This document shows positions 19,501 through 28,520 of a stretch of DNA of 64,000 nucleotides, one piece after another. The DNA is taken from positions 3,926 to 67,925 of IMG/VR virus record IMGVR_UViG_3300032236_001583; one strand, given 5' to 3'. The position numbers were made by a program, and so were the translations under genes. This DNA is from a virus. How positions within the stretch are numbered: the first letter of the stretch is position 1; each line of letters starts with the position of its first letter. Below the pieces are notes generated by a model, which did no database searches, was not told the DNA's origin, and saw only the letters and a list, made by a program, of their open reading frames with translations.

Positions 19501-22357
19501 CTATGAAGCGTTATATCATCAAGTAATAAATGGTTATGCCCATTTTGATGTTAACGATTCATCAACCTACGAAAACAATAGATTAAATAATTTAATATAT
19601 TCAACACAGAAAGATAAATTTGGTGACGGTACAAAATACTACACATCATTTGTTGATAACTCCATGTATAATGGTAATGTTGATCAGTATTATACAATTT
19701 TACCATCATACACAACAAGTGTTGATACTGGATTATATTCAGACATAAACATATTGGAACAAACTGGTTTTGGTATTATAACCAATAGCTCGGTTATAGA
19801 AAGTCCATTAAGTGATATCAAATTTCCAGCATACGATGAATATTTTGTAGCTGATAACCAAAACGAAACACCTATTGATGGTACCTATCAAATTAACGGT
19901 AACTATAATTTATATGGTCAGTATAGAAAAGTAATCGATTTGATAGGAACATTTAGTCCAGATATATTAGATTATTTTGAGAGATTATTTTTAAGTTTTG
20001 CATCCGAAAGAGAAAACGTTGAAATACCTCAAAAGACGTTCCCAGATTATATTGAAACTAAAAATGATGAAACAAGCACACAAATTGTAAGTTATCAAAA
20101 TTTCCAAGAGTTATTGAAAGACATTGTAACTGTTAAAAAACTAGACAATGATCCAGTTGGTGATTTTAATGGAATTTACAATAAGATTATTACAAGACAA
20201 GCAAGTAATTTACAAGATATAAGTTTCCTAATAATGTCATATAATAATTTAATTAAGCTTACATTAGGTAACCCTAAAGAACACGATCTTAATTTATTTA
20301 CAAATTTTGTAAAAGGTGTTGGGTTTTTAAATAAGACATATGGTGAATACGATGAAACTCAATTTGACGAGAAATTTATTAAATTATACTGTGGTGAAGA
20401 TGTTGATGGTTATTACAAGAGATTCTTTACACAAATGAACATTGGGTATGATGAAGATAGTGTTATGTTGTTTAGACCATTAATTTATATGTACGCTGGT
20501 TATGTTAAAGCAATAACAAATAGTCTAGATATAGTTAAAGGTTATGGTGATAGTTATGAAGATTTTTCAACATATGTTACGAACAAGATATTATCAGAAT
20601 ATAGTATGAGAAGATCTGTTTATTTTTCAACATTGACAAATAAACTACAATCATTGAAATACACTAAAAATGATAAGAAGATAACATTAACTGATGGTTA
20701 TAATGATGCAGTATTGAAATACCAAGCATATGATTATTTCAAGACATTTAATGATAAGTGGACCGCAGGTAATTCAATTGGGCAGAGAAGTTTAATTGAA
20801 GAATTTATATTTTTAGATAAAGCAAATAGAGATATTGGTAACTCAGCATACATTAGCTTAAACAAATTAGTATCATTCGAGGATTCTGCCGAGGATAAAT
20901 TAAGTTTATATTCAGCACTATCGAAATTACTAAACGGTACTGACTTCGATTTAAGAGGTATGCCAGCTTATGTTAATTTCTACGGTGTAGATTATAATAA
21001 AGGTGGTAGAATTAGATCTTCTAAAAAAGTTGCCAAAGATATATTTGGAACATTTTTAGAAGTTGATTATCAAGAATCGACACCTAAAATTCTTATACAA
21101 TATGTTGGTACAACATCTAAACACCCATCAGATATGCCAACAAAAGAAGAGTACCTATTCAAGGATGATGGTTTTGATATTAGTGATCCTAATAATAATC
21201 CATTAAGGGTTACTATACCAGATTTTTACAACCCTAATCAATTAAACCAATCAAACAGAGTTGTTGGTTTTGAGGTTAATGTTGGTGATCAGAATCAAAG
21301 TATGTTTAAGGGTGTGACTTTAGATCAAGAGAGTCTTAAAAATACATCTGAGTTTTTCCATGTATTGGAAGGATTATCACGTTCTGAGACTGGTGCTGCA
21401 ACATATGCTGTTGACACACAATTATTTGATTTATATAGATTGAGATCATACACATGCGATGTTACAAGTATGGGTAATGTTATGATTCAACCAACAATGT
21501 ATTTCTATCTAAAAAACATACCAATGTTTAGAGGTACATATTGGATTACAGATGTAACACATGAGATAAGACCAAATAACATTGTAACAAAATTCAAGGG
21601 TGTTAGAATGAACAAAGCAGCATTACCAGATCCACAAGATTCATTCATATCATCATATAGAATTTACTTTGAAACTATATTAAGTAAAGCTATTGCTAAG
21701 CAAGCTGCAACAACTCCAGCTGCTACCACTGAAAAATCGGTATCAACAAAATCTAAATCAGCAACAGTTGATATGGGAACTAAAGATAAACCAATACAAG
21801 GGGAATCAGCAGTTAGTGATATCGGAATAGATAATTTCTTTGGTGTGCCATATAATGGTTATAATGGTGAAAAATATATACAAAAAATATTATATAAAGG
21901 AAAAACTTATTATAAAGCACCAGCTGTACTTATGGGTGGTAATACCTATGCGTTATCAGATAACATTGAGATGTCATTATATAACAAGTACAATGACATA
22001 ACAATATCTGGAGGTGCAAAAGCAGGAAAAATTCTTTGGGGTGATATTAAAAATAGTTCATCTAAATTGAAGTTTTATTCAGCTAGGTTTATACCTACAG
22101 ATGGTAATGTGGTTCAGAACATCTATAATAACCTTAGAGATGCTAAGACAACATTCATTAATCCTAATAAAAATGATTTAACTGAAGTTATTGAACCAGT
22201 GGTGTATGGAATATATCCAAACGTAACGCCTTCTGGAGTTAACGGAGCAATTAATGTTGGTCCAGCAAATCTTAAATATGGTATTGGATTGTCATCATAT
22301 CTAATGAAAAAACTAAAGTTAAGTGAAGGTGATATCGTATATTTTAGTTTAGAGTAG
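16496..22357 (+). CDS. Giant baseplate hub protein (gp27/GpD/VgrG-like)
   Basis: N-terminal FGIDSI....PQVTINFTDVRG and C-terminal SYTCDVTSMGNVMIQP..YFYL.NIPMF.G.YWIT.V.H.I......T.F.G.R, the hub C-terminal signature; follows the LysM wedge gene. Confidence 0.7.
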   Translation: MGNNDINKTENILVKVDDNNLVYIDPNSVLNGNKVEMRDVPAENLMVYVNLEADIVPRTTLSQSNQQDATKKVLIAETQMSNNSMNFMKNGKGGDFDTAWTDAFLVNNQYKDKSGNDSGVFYNTDSTAQSFGIDSITMSVKGYAIPQVTINFTDVRGKTLFDSPKNSPYKILFHLPWPIFYLTVKGYYGKAIKYRLHLVKFTTKYNENNGNFDITCTFVGSTYAFLADIPIAGVMNAPYMFGNEITTDNVKGVITKTVRTSKSSKGYIYLKSVYDEYKRKGYIDQNFPVKTLREVVILAKNLDATLEREILKGDLRPKIFNGLNEFGNNLTTFNEALNGWQNDYLSSTYIKNAKRGNDIYYKLKESEQNKDIHLFGKDQFSLEQQLATNIERLNKSQVLVQTLSDVTFDSGKFKKEIFSYLNSFGSVNQYVDNIDGVYYVNINGIRNKLQKIQKEYDIQYDKFQSKIQDLMNAIIKNKSNGFGFEPTIKNIFAVICANADVYIKLLKDVHTKAFSVGKERKEIINKGGFSDETPNDENIYPWPQIKILTKKGSQRELVYPGIKSLRSKLQSDNARLWPEVEFIEEYEKVASKKVDNLADKEAGADNVKFTIEGNSESKNSIPISTLLNIGTTSPYYDKSMTNVLYEIYERGNAVSFYDYFANDILVEMAQIEFENLKNNLSEDETIISTLSSITGFTTQYSGSVVDQTLESMMIYNSPRDRYPYYLDNIDTTDYIKQTVNKPFVISQNVDPLEIQDKSSNYKILNSRVTNYTTPLYRDYIYPFNSDKYLSYLGPQYFNKNGNTKTYKVNNSDNMLFGVFKLDTSENRFITSAKNSSAWFKSTQIFDGVNNLQYGSENSNILNTPYFHNQLLYDFSNNQSNGRYAGSAYLLLNSIPFRDLQDRINLGSDIRMSHLFKELGATHYVPYHLLLKWGSIYHRYKKFIKDGVDILGGVVDNSNTTILPDYQTMFVGSETDSNKTNVYISGYEFNYYSGITTVGVYPFYEALYHQVINGYAHFDVNDSSTYENNRLNNLIYSTQKDKFGDGTKYYTSFVDNSMYNGNVDQYYTILPSYTTSVDTGLYSDINILEQTGFGIITNSSVIESPLSDIKFPAYDEYFVADNQNETPIDGTYQINGNYNLYGQYRKVIDLIGTFSPDILDYFERLFLSFASERENVEIPQKTFPDYIETKNDETSTQIVSYQNFQELLKDIVTVKKLDNDPVGDFNGIYNKIITRQASNLQDISFLIMSYNNLIKLTLGNPKEHDLNLFTNFVKGVGFLNKTYGEYDETQFDEKFIKLYCGEDVDGYYKRFFTQMNIGYDEDSVMLFRPLIYMYAGYVKAITNSLDIVKGYGDSYEDFSTYVTNKILSEYSMRRSVYFSTLTNKLQSLKYTKNDKKITLTDGYNDAVLKYQAYDYFKTFNDKWTAGNSIGQRSLIEEFIFLDKANRDIGNSAYISLNKLVSFEDSAEDKLSLYSALSKLLNGTDFDLRGMPAYVNFYGVDYNKGGRIRSSKKVAKDIFGTFLEVDYQESTPKILIQYVGTTSKHPSDMPTKEEYLFKDDGFDISDPNNNPLRVTIPDFYNPNQLNQSNRVVGFEVNVGDQNQSMFKGVTLDQESLKNTSEFFHVLEGLSRSETGAATYAVDTQLFDLYRLRSYTCDVTSMGNVMIQPTMYFYLKNIPMFRGTYWITDVTHEIRPNNIVTKFKGVRMNKAALPDPQDSFISSYRIYFETILSKAIAKQAATTPAATTEKSVSTKSKSATVDMGTKDKPIQGESAVSDIGIDNFFGVPYNGYNGEKYIQKILYKGKTYYKAPAVLMGGNTYALSDNIEMSLYNKYNDITISGGAKAGKILWGDIKNSSSKLKFYSARFIPTDGNVVQNIYNNLRDAKTTFINPNKNDLTEVIEPVVYGIYPNVTPSGVNGAINVGPANLKYGIGLSSYLMKKLKLSEGDIVYFSLE

Positions 22358-22398
22358 TAATAATAGCATATTTAAGATATTTATATAAAAAACCAAAT

Positions 22399-22602
22399 AT
22401 GGAAAATAATAAGTTAAAGAACAGCATTGATCAGTTTTTAAGCCCAAAACAGGTGAAAAGAACGTCACAGGATGGTATGGAAAGAGAAGAATGTGATTTG
22501 GTAACTGGTGAATGTTATACTATCAGAGAAAAAGATGGTATTGTAGAAAGAATTAATAAAAAATATATTACCAACGACGGTAGACAATTATTACAAGATT
22601 AA
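22399..22602 (+). CDS. Hypothetical late protein
   Basis: 67-aa ORF preceded by TATTTATA (22378); contains a CDLVTGEC motif. Confidence 0.65.
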   Translation: MENNKLKNSIDQFLSPKQVKRTSQDGMEREECDLVTGECYTIREKDGIVERINKKYITNDGRQLLQD

Positions 22603-22603
22603 T

Positions 22604-23296
22604 ATGTTAGAAAAAAAATTATTAGAGGAAGTTAAAAGATTTAACGAAATCAACAAGTACGGTAAAAAATTGATTAGCGAACAAGCTGCACCAGATGCTG
22701 CTATTCCTGATGCACCAACACCTGACGCCCCAGCTCCAGATGCTCCGGCACCTGATGCTCCTATTGCCGATGCTGGCGCTCCTGCTCCTGACGCAGCCCC
22801 TACACCTGATGCTGGTGCACCTGCTCCAGATGCTACAACTCCAGACGCTGCTGCTGCACCTGCAGATTCAACAGAACAAATTGATGTTACAGATTTAGTT
22901 GATTTAACAAAATCAATTAAAAATGATTTAGATAAACATAAGAATGATCAAGATGCTGCTGTATCTAAAATGGATGATTTATTTAGTAAATTAAACGATT
23001 TAGAACAAAAGTTATCATCTATGGATAATATAGTAGCTAAGATCGATGAATTAGGTCAAGAAGTTAAACAAATGAAGCCAGAAACTCCACAAGAAAAGTT
23101 GGAAATGCGTTCATTAGATTCTTACCCATTTAATCAAAAACCAAATGATTTCTTTTCACAAAAACAAGCTGAAATGAAACAATCTGGTAAAAATGAATAT
23201 GTTTTAACTAAAGATGAAGTAACAAATTATCCACAAGATATAAAGAATACATTTAACCCAAACGAGGAGGAAGAAGTAGATGAATATAAGTTCTAA
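22604..23296 (+). CDS. Coiled-coil protein with Pro-Asp-Ala repeat; possible head-internal or scaffold protein
   Basis: N-terminal LLEEVKRF......KLISEQ, PDAPAPDA repeats, then a heptad coiled coil. Confidence 0.6.
   Translation: MLEKKLLEEVKRFNEINKYGKKLISEQAAPDAAIPDAPTPDAPAPDAPAPDAPIADAGAPAPDAAPTPDAGAPAPDATTPDAAAAPADSTEQIDVTDLVDLTKSIKNDLDKHKNDQDAAVSKMDDLFSKLNDLEQKLSSMDNIVAKIDELGQEVKQMKPETPQEKLEMRSLDSYPFNQKPNDFFSQKQAEMKQSGKNEYVLTKDEVTNYPQDIKNTFNPNEEEEVDEYKF
22687..22867 (+). repeat. In-frame PDA(P/A) tandem repeat
   Basis: About 12 imperfect CCW-GAY-GCN units, forming a locally GC-rich patch. Confidence 0.85.
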
Positions 23297-23651
23297 TATT
23301 AATTTCTTTTTAGGTCTTCAATCACAACTTAAAGTTATGCATTGGCAGACTAAAGGATATGCAAAACATAAAGCTTTGGATAGCACATTAGATGAACTAT
23401 ATGATTTAGTTGATTCTTTTGTTGAAGAAGCGATGGGAAAATACGGTAGATTTAAACTAGAAGAGGAAACTAAAATAATCAGATTAGCTAATTTATCCGA
23501 AATAGATATAAATGCTATGATTGATACTGTTTGTGACGCTTTAGATCAATTTACAGATCAATTTGACCAGAAAGATACTAACCTATTGAATATAAGAGAT
23601 GAGATGTTAGGTTTATTTAGGAAGCTGAAATACCTATTAAGCTTAAAATAA
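23280..23651 (+). CDS. Dps/ferritin-like four-helix bundle protein (DUF5856-like)
   Basis: Q....HWQT.G.A.H.ALD....EL...VD.FVE..MG ferroxidase-type motif. Confidence 0.8.
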   Translation: MNISSNINFFLGLQSQLKVMHWQTKGYAKHKALDSTLDELYDLVDSFVEEAMGKYGRFKLEEETKIIRLANLSEIDINAMIDTVCDALDQFTDQFDQKDTNLLNIRDEMLGLFRKLKYLLSLK

Positions 23652-23661
23652 AAAAAAGTTT

Positions 23662-23690
23662 AACCCAGATTTTTAAGTCTGGGTTTTTTT
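23662..23690 (+). terminator. Rho-independent terminator
   Basis: AACCCAGAT-TTTTAA-GTCTGGGTT followed by a T run. Confidence 0.88.
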
Positions 23691-23735
23691 ATGTATATTT
23701 TATTATAATCTTATTATTAATTAAAAATCAATTTT

Positions 23736-24578
23736 ATGAGTGTTTTTGATTCAGTTCTTGCTCAGTATGAGAAGAACAAAAATGCCGCAAGCGGTAACAA
23801 CAACAAAATGTCTTCAGAAGACAGATTGAAAAAGTATTTCACCACAGTATTACCTAATGGTTCTAAAGGTGAAGAAAGACGAATTCGTATTTTACCTACA
23901 AAAGATGGTTCTTCACCATTTGTTGAGGTTTGGTTCCACGAAATTCAAGTGGACGGTAAATGGGTAAAATTATATGACCCAGCACAAGAAGGAAAAAGAT
24001 CACCATTAAATGAAGTTAGAGAAGGGTTAATGATGATGGGTGATGAACAAAGTAAAGAATTGGCTCGTAACTTCCGCTCTCGTAAATTCTATATCGTTAA
24101 AGTTATCGATAGAGATCACGAACAAGACGGACCAAAGTTCTGGAGATTTAAGCACAATGCTAAAGGGGATGGTGTTATTGACAAAATCTTCCCAATCTTC
24201 CGTAACAAAGGAGATATTACAGATCCAGTTAAAGGTCGTGATTTAATCTTGACTTTAACATTAACAAAAGCAGGTACAGGTAAAGAGTACACAGTCGTTA
24301 ACTCAATCTTAAACGAAGATCCAGGACCGTTGCATGAAAATGCTGAAACGGCACAAACTTGGATCGACGACGCGACGACTTGGTCAGATGTTTATTCTAA
24401 GAAAGGTGAAGACTACTTAGAATTAGTTGCTAAAGGTGAAGTTCCAAAATGGGATGACAATCTTAAGAAATTCGTTTCTTTAACATCAAGTGAAGAAACA
24501 ATCGCTGCACCCAAGTCTTCTGCTCCAGTAGCAGATCCACAAGAAGATGCAGATGTGGACGACGATTTACCATTCTAA
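23736..24578 (+). CDS. ssb: Single-stranded DNA-binding protein (T4 gp32-like)
   Basis: RIRILP..DGSSPF.E.WFH, DITDP..GRDL.L, acidic C-terminal tail ending DVDDDLPF; upstream of RecA. Confidence 0.85.
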   Translation: MSVFDSVLAQYEKNKNAASGNNNKMSSEDRLKKYFTTVLPNGSKGEERRIRILPTKDGSSPFVEVWFHEIQVDGKWVKLYDPAQEGKRSPLNEVREGLMMMGDEQSKELARNFRSRKFYIVKVIDRDHEQDGPKFWRFKHNAKGDGVIDKIFPIFRNKGDITDPVKGRDLILTLTLTKAGTGKEYTVVNSILNEDPGPLHENAETAQTWIDDATTWSDVYSKKGEDYLELVAKGEVPKWDDNLKKFVSLTSSEETIAAPKSSAPVADPQEDADVDDDLPF

Positions 24579-24585
24579 TTATGGA

Positions 24586-24618
24586 GGGGTGGAGATAACG
24601 TCAGAAGCCCCATTTTTT
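24586..24618 (+). terminator. Irregular hairpin plus U tract between ssb and recA (weak terminator or regulatory RNA)
   Basis: GGGGT-GGA-GAT-AAC-GTC-AGAA-GCCCC-ATTTTTT. Confidence 0.45.
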
Positions 24619-24629
24619 AAAACAATTTT

Positions 24630-25601
24630 ATGGCAATAAAAAAAACAGATTTCTCAGCAATTAAGAAAAAGTTTTCTAAAGAAGCTGAATACAAACCAGA
24701 CCGTTTCTTCGATTTAGGCGACGCCTTTTTAGAAGCAACAGGTTTACCAGGACCAGCAATAGGTCACATTAATATGTTATTAGGACATAGTGATACTGGT
24801 AAAACAACAGCGTTGGTTAAAACAGCCGTTGATGCTCAGAAGAAAGGTATTGTACCTGTTTTCATCATTACAGAGCAAAAATGGGGCTGGGAACACGCAG
24901 AATTGATGGGTTTTGATAGAGAAGGTGACTACTTATTTAATAGTGATTTTGAGTATATCGAGCAAATTACTGATTATATCAATGAATTGTTAGATGCTCA
25001 AGAAAAAGGAGACATCCCTCATGATTTATTATTTCTTTGGGATTCAGTAGGTTCAGTACCATGTAAAATGACTTTTGATGGTAAGGGTGGTAAACAACAC
25101 AATGCATCAGTATTAGCTGATAAAATTGGAATGGGTATCAACCAAAGAATCTCTGGTTCAAGAAGAAGTGATAAACCTTACACTAACACATTAGTTATTG
25201 TAAACCAACCATGGGTAGAATTACCTGACAATCCTTTCGGTCAACCAAAAATTAAAGCTAAAGGTGGTGAAGCAATTTGGTTAAACTCATCATTAGTGTT
25301 TTTATTTGGTAACCAAAAAGGTGCTGGTACTACAAAAATCTCAATCACAAAAGATAAGAGAAAAATTAGAATCGCAACACGTACCAAAATTTCTATCAGC
25401 AAGAACCATATTAATGGTGGTGGATATGAAGATGGTCGTATCTTGGTAACTCCGCAAGGATTTATGCATGGTAAAGATGATACTGAAGAAAAGAAAAGCA
25501 TTGAGGAATATAAGAAAACTCACGGCGATTATATCAGTAAGCAATTAGGCGTTAATGTTACAGACGCTGACGATTTAGATGTTGTAACAGAAGAAGAGTA
25601 A
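24630..25601 (+). CDS. recA: RecA/UvsX-like recombinase
   Basis: Walker A GHSDTGKTT, Walker B FLWDSVGS, VIVNQ and KAKGGEAIW motifs. Confidence 0.9.
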   Translation: MAIKKTDFSAIKKKFSKEAEYKPDRFFDLGDAFLEATGLPGPAIGHINMLLGHSDTGKTTALVKTAVDAQKKGIVPVFIITEQKWGWEHAELMGFDREGDYLFNSDFEYIEQITDYINELLDAQEKGDIPHDLLFLWDSVGSVPCKMTFDGKGGKQHNASVLADKIGMGINQRISGSRRSDKPYTNTLVIVNQPWVELPDNPFGQPKIKAKGGEAIWLNSSLVFLFGNQKGAGTTKISITKDKRKIRIATRTKISISKNHINGGGYEDGRILVTPQGFMHGKDDTEEKKSIEEYKKTHGDYISKQLGVNVTDADDLDVVTEEE

Positions 25602-25618
25602 TCTATTAATTTTATTTA

Positions 25619-26644
25619 ATGTCGGTTTTATTAGTTGATGGTGATAATTTATTAACAATTGGGTTTTATGGTGCTAAGAATGTTTTTTACAAGGGAACAC
25701 ATATCGGTGGAATATACCACTTCTTAAACACATTACGCAGATCCTTTGAGACATATCAATTAGATAAAATCGTAGTATTTTGGGACGGTGAAAATGGTTC
25801 CCAAGAACGCAAAAAACTTTACGTTCACTACAAAGAAAACAGAAAGCAACGTATTCGCTCTGAGGAAGAGTTAAATAGCTACAGCTATCAAAGACAAAGA
25901 ATCAAACAATATCTAGAAGAGTTGTTTGTTCGTCAGGGCGAATATGAATTCTGTGAAACAGATGATAGCATAGCCTATTACACACAAAATTCCAAAGAAA
26001 ATATTGTAATTTTTTCATCCGATGGTGATTTAACACAATTGGTTTCCAATAATGTTAAAATATATAATCCATCGCATCACAAATTATATAAACCAAATGA
26101 TAAGTTTGTCTATGACAAAGAAGAGATTCTAATTGAGAATATCAAATTGGTTAAAATGTTTTGTGGTGATAGCTCTGACAATATTGCAGGTATTAAAGGA
26201 ATGGGTGTTAAAAGAATGACAGCTTTGTTTCCAGAATTGAAAACTGAAAAGTTAACTGTAGGCCAGATTGTTGAAAAAACCAATAAGTTGTTTGAGCAGG
26301 ATAAACACAACAAAACCTTAGCTAATCTTCTTACTGGTGTAACCAAATATGGTGTCTTTGGAAATGAGTTTTTTGACATTAATAATAAGATAGTTAATCT
26401 AGACACCCCATTTTTAACAGAAGAAGCTAAAAACTCAATAAAAGATCTAATAAGTGAAAATTTAGATCCTGAGGGAAGAAGCTACAAGAACACAATGAAA
26501 ATGATGATGGATGACGGATTATTTAACGTCTTACCAAAATCAGACGATGCTTGGATCAGATTTTTAGATCCATTCTTAAGGTTAGCAAGAAAAGAAAAAA
26601 ATATAATAAAAACAAGAACAATTAAAATTAAAAACTATGAGTAG
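25619..26644 (+). CDS. 5'-3' exonuclease / flap endonuclease (PolI N-terminal, T4 RNase H-like)
   Basis: LLVDGDNL, VFWDG, YKENR, ETDDSIA, SSDGDLTQL, GDSSDNIAGIKGMG helix-hairpin motif. Confidence 0.93.
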   Translation: MSVLLVDGDNLLTIGFYGAKNVFYKGTHIGGIYHFLNTLRRSFETYQLDKIVVFWDGENGSQERKKLYVHYKENRKQRIRSEEELNSYSYQRQRIKQYLEELFVRQGEYEFCETDDSIAYYTQNSKENIVIFSSDGDLTQLVSNNVKIYNPSHHKLYKPNDKFVYDKEEILIENIKLVKMFCGDSSDNIAGIKGMGVKRMTALFPELKTEKLTVGQIVEKTNKLFEQDKHNKTLANLLTGVTKYGVFGNEFFDINNKIVNLDTPFLTEEAKNSIKDLISENLDPEGRSYKNTMKMMMDDGLFNVLPKSDDAWIRFLDPFLRLARKEKNIIKTRTIKIKNYE

Positions 26645-27086
26645 AGATCAATTTGACATTACCAAATTTGAATTTTTATTAACTTTAGAAGGTAATATTA
26701 TTTGCCAAAGATACTTCAACGTTAAAGATCACGTTGACCAATCAAGAAGATCATTAGATCTTCACTATTATGTAAAAAATATTTGTGAAGAAATTTCGGA
26801 AGATTTGAAAATAAAAAGTTCCAATTATCTATGCGAAAATCAGAATTTTATTCTCAATTCAGAGAATGTGGAAGAAGGTGCAGAAGAGAAAAAAGAACAT
26901 TTTTTATTGGAAATTAAGTTAGGTGAAGATGTATTTATTTCTAGAATATTTCCAGCGTACTACTACCACCCAAAGGTTAGATATACCGTTGATATTCGTC
27001 CGAAATTGAAGAGCATTTTGTCAGAATTAACTGACATTTTATCTTCAACAGAATTGGAGACATCGTACTTACAGTATGAGTTATAA
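26637..27086 (+). CDS. Hypothetical protein in replication operon
   Basis: 149-aa ORF overlapping the upstream stop; codon usage like its neighbours. Confidence 0.7.
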   Translation: MSRDQFDITKFEFLLTLEGNIICQRYFNVKDHVDQSRRSLDLHYYVKNICEEISEDLKIKSSNYLCENQNFILNSENVEEGAEEKKEHFLLEIKLGEDVFISRIFPAYYYHPKVRYTVDIRPKLKSILSELTDILSSTELETSYLQYEL

Positions 27087-27114
27087 TTTTTAATTTTATA
27101 TATTAACAAACATT

Positions 27115-28488
27115 ATGGAAGAAAGGAATTTTGGTTATTTAGGATTTTCATTTCAACAGTCTTTAATCAAAGCGATTGTTGAAGATAAGAAATATGGTGA
27201 GACAATCATCGATGTAATTGACAGCAAATATTTTGACAATACGTCATTCAAGTATATCATGGAGAACTTGAAAGAATTGTACAAGAACTACAACAAAATT
27301 CCCGATTACAATACTGTAGCGCAGAAAATTATGGCGGAAGGTGTTAATAAAGATAATGCTAGAAAGCATATTGACACTTTAGAAGCAATACAAAAAAACG
27401 AACAAGATATTGAATATGTAAAAGATACGGCCTTGAACTTCTGTAAACAACAAAACTTGAAAAAGGAGTTGAAGGTTGTATCAAACATAATTGAAAATGG
27501 TGAGTTTGAGTCATATAGTAAGATTGAACAAATAATCCAAAAAGCGATGCAAGTTGGTATCAGTAATGATGAAGCGGTGTCAGTGTTTCACGACATTGAC
27601 GGTGCTTTAGAGGCTGATTACAGAACTCCAATTGCAACTGGTATTATTGGGATTGATAACTTGTTGAAAGGCGGTTTAGGTATTGGTGAATTGGGTGTTG
27701 TATTGGCGCCAACAGGTACTGGTAAAACAACATTATTAACTAAGTTTGCTAACACAGCATACAATCAAGGTCATAATGTTGTGCAAATATTTTTCGAGGA
27801 TAATCCTGGAAATATTAAAAGAAAGCACTACACAATTTGGAGTGAAATTGCACCAGATGATCAACCAGAATTTGCTGAAATAGTTAAGGAAAAAGTAACA
27901 GAAGCACAATCAAGATCTAAAGGTAGTATTAAGTTATTGAAATTACCTAGTGATAATATCACAGTATCAGAAATTAAATCTAAAATTAGAAAGTTCAATT
28001 CAGAAGGACCTAAAGTAGATTTATTATTGATTGACTATGTTGACTGTATTTCACCAGAAAGAAGCACCTTTGGGGAAGAATGGAAAGGTGAAGGTTCAAT
28101 TATGAGACAAATTGAAGCGATGACATCTGAATTTGAGATGGCTATATGGACAGCAACACAAGGTAATCGTGAATCAATTTCATCTGAAGTTGTAACTGGT
28201 GACCAAATGGGTGGCTCAATCAAAAAAGCGCAAATCGCGCACGTTATTTTATCTATTGGTAAAACATTAGAACAAAAGGAACATAATTTAGCAACATTAA
28301 CTCTGCTTAAATCTCGTATTGGTAAGGATGGTGTCGTATTCTCAAATTGTAAATTCGACAATCAATATTTGAAGATTGATACTGAAACACAAAGTACATT
28401 GTTAGGTCACGAAGAACAAAAGACACAAAACAATGCGACGAAAGCAAGAGAGGCGTTTCTTAAACGTCAGGAAATGTTGAATAGATAA
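27115..28488 (+). CDS. dnaB: Replicative DnaB-like helicase (gp41-like)
   Basis: TG...IDNLLKGG...GEL.V.LAPTGTGKT, LLIDYVD, IWTATQGNR, LKSRIG motifs. Confidence 0.92.
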   Translation: MEERNFGYLGFSFQQSLIKAIVEDKKYGETIIDVIDSKYFDNTSFKYIMENLKELYKNYNKIPDYNTVAQKIMAEGVNKDNARKHIDTLEAIQKNEQDIEYVKDTALNFCKQQNLKKELKVVSNIIENGEFESYSKIEQIIQKAMQVGISNDEAVSVFHDIDGALEADYRTPIATGIIGIDNLLKGGLGIGELGVVLAPTGTGKTTLLTKFANTAYNQGHNVVQIFFEDNPGNIKRKHYTIWSEIAPDDQPEFAEIVKEKVTEAQSRSKGSIKLLKLPSDNITVSEIKSKIRKFNSEGPKVDLLLIDYVDCISPERSTFGEEWKGEGSIMRQIEAMTSEFEMAIWTATQGNRESISSEVVTGDQMGGSIKKAQIAHVILSIGKTLEQKEHNLATLTLLKSRIGKDGVVFSNCKFDNQYLKIDTETQSTLLGHEEQKTQNNATKAREAFLKRQEMLNR

Positions 28489-28520
28489 TAATAAAATAAA
28501 ACATAAATTAGGAACAACAA

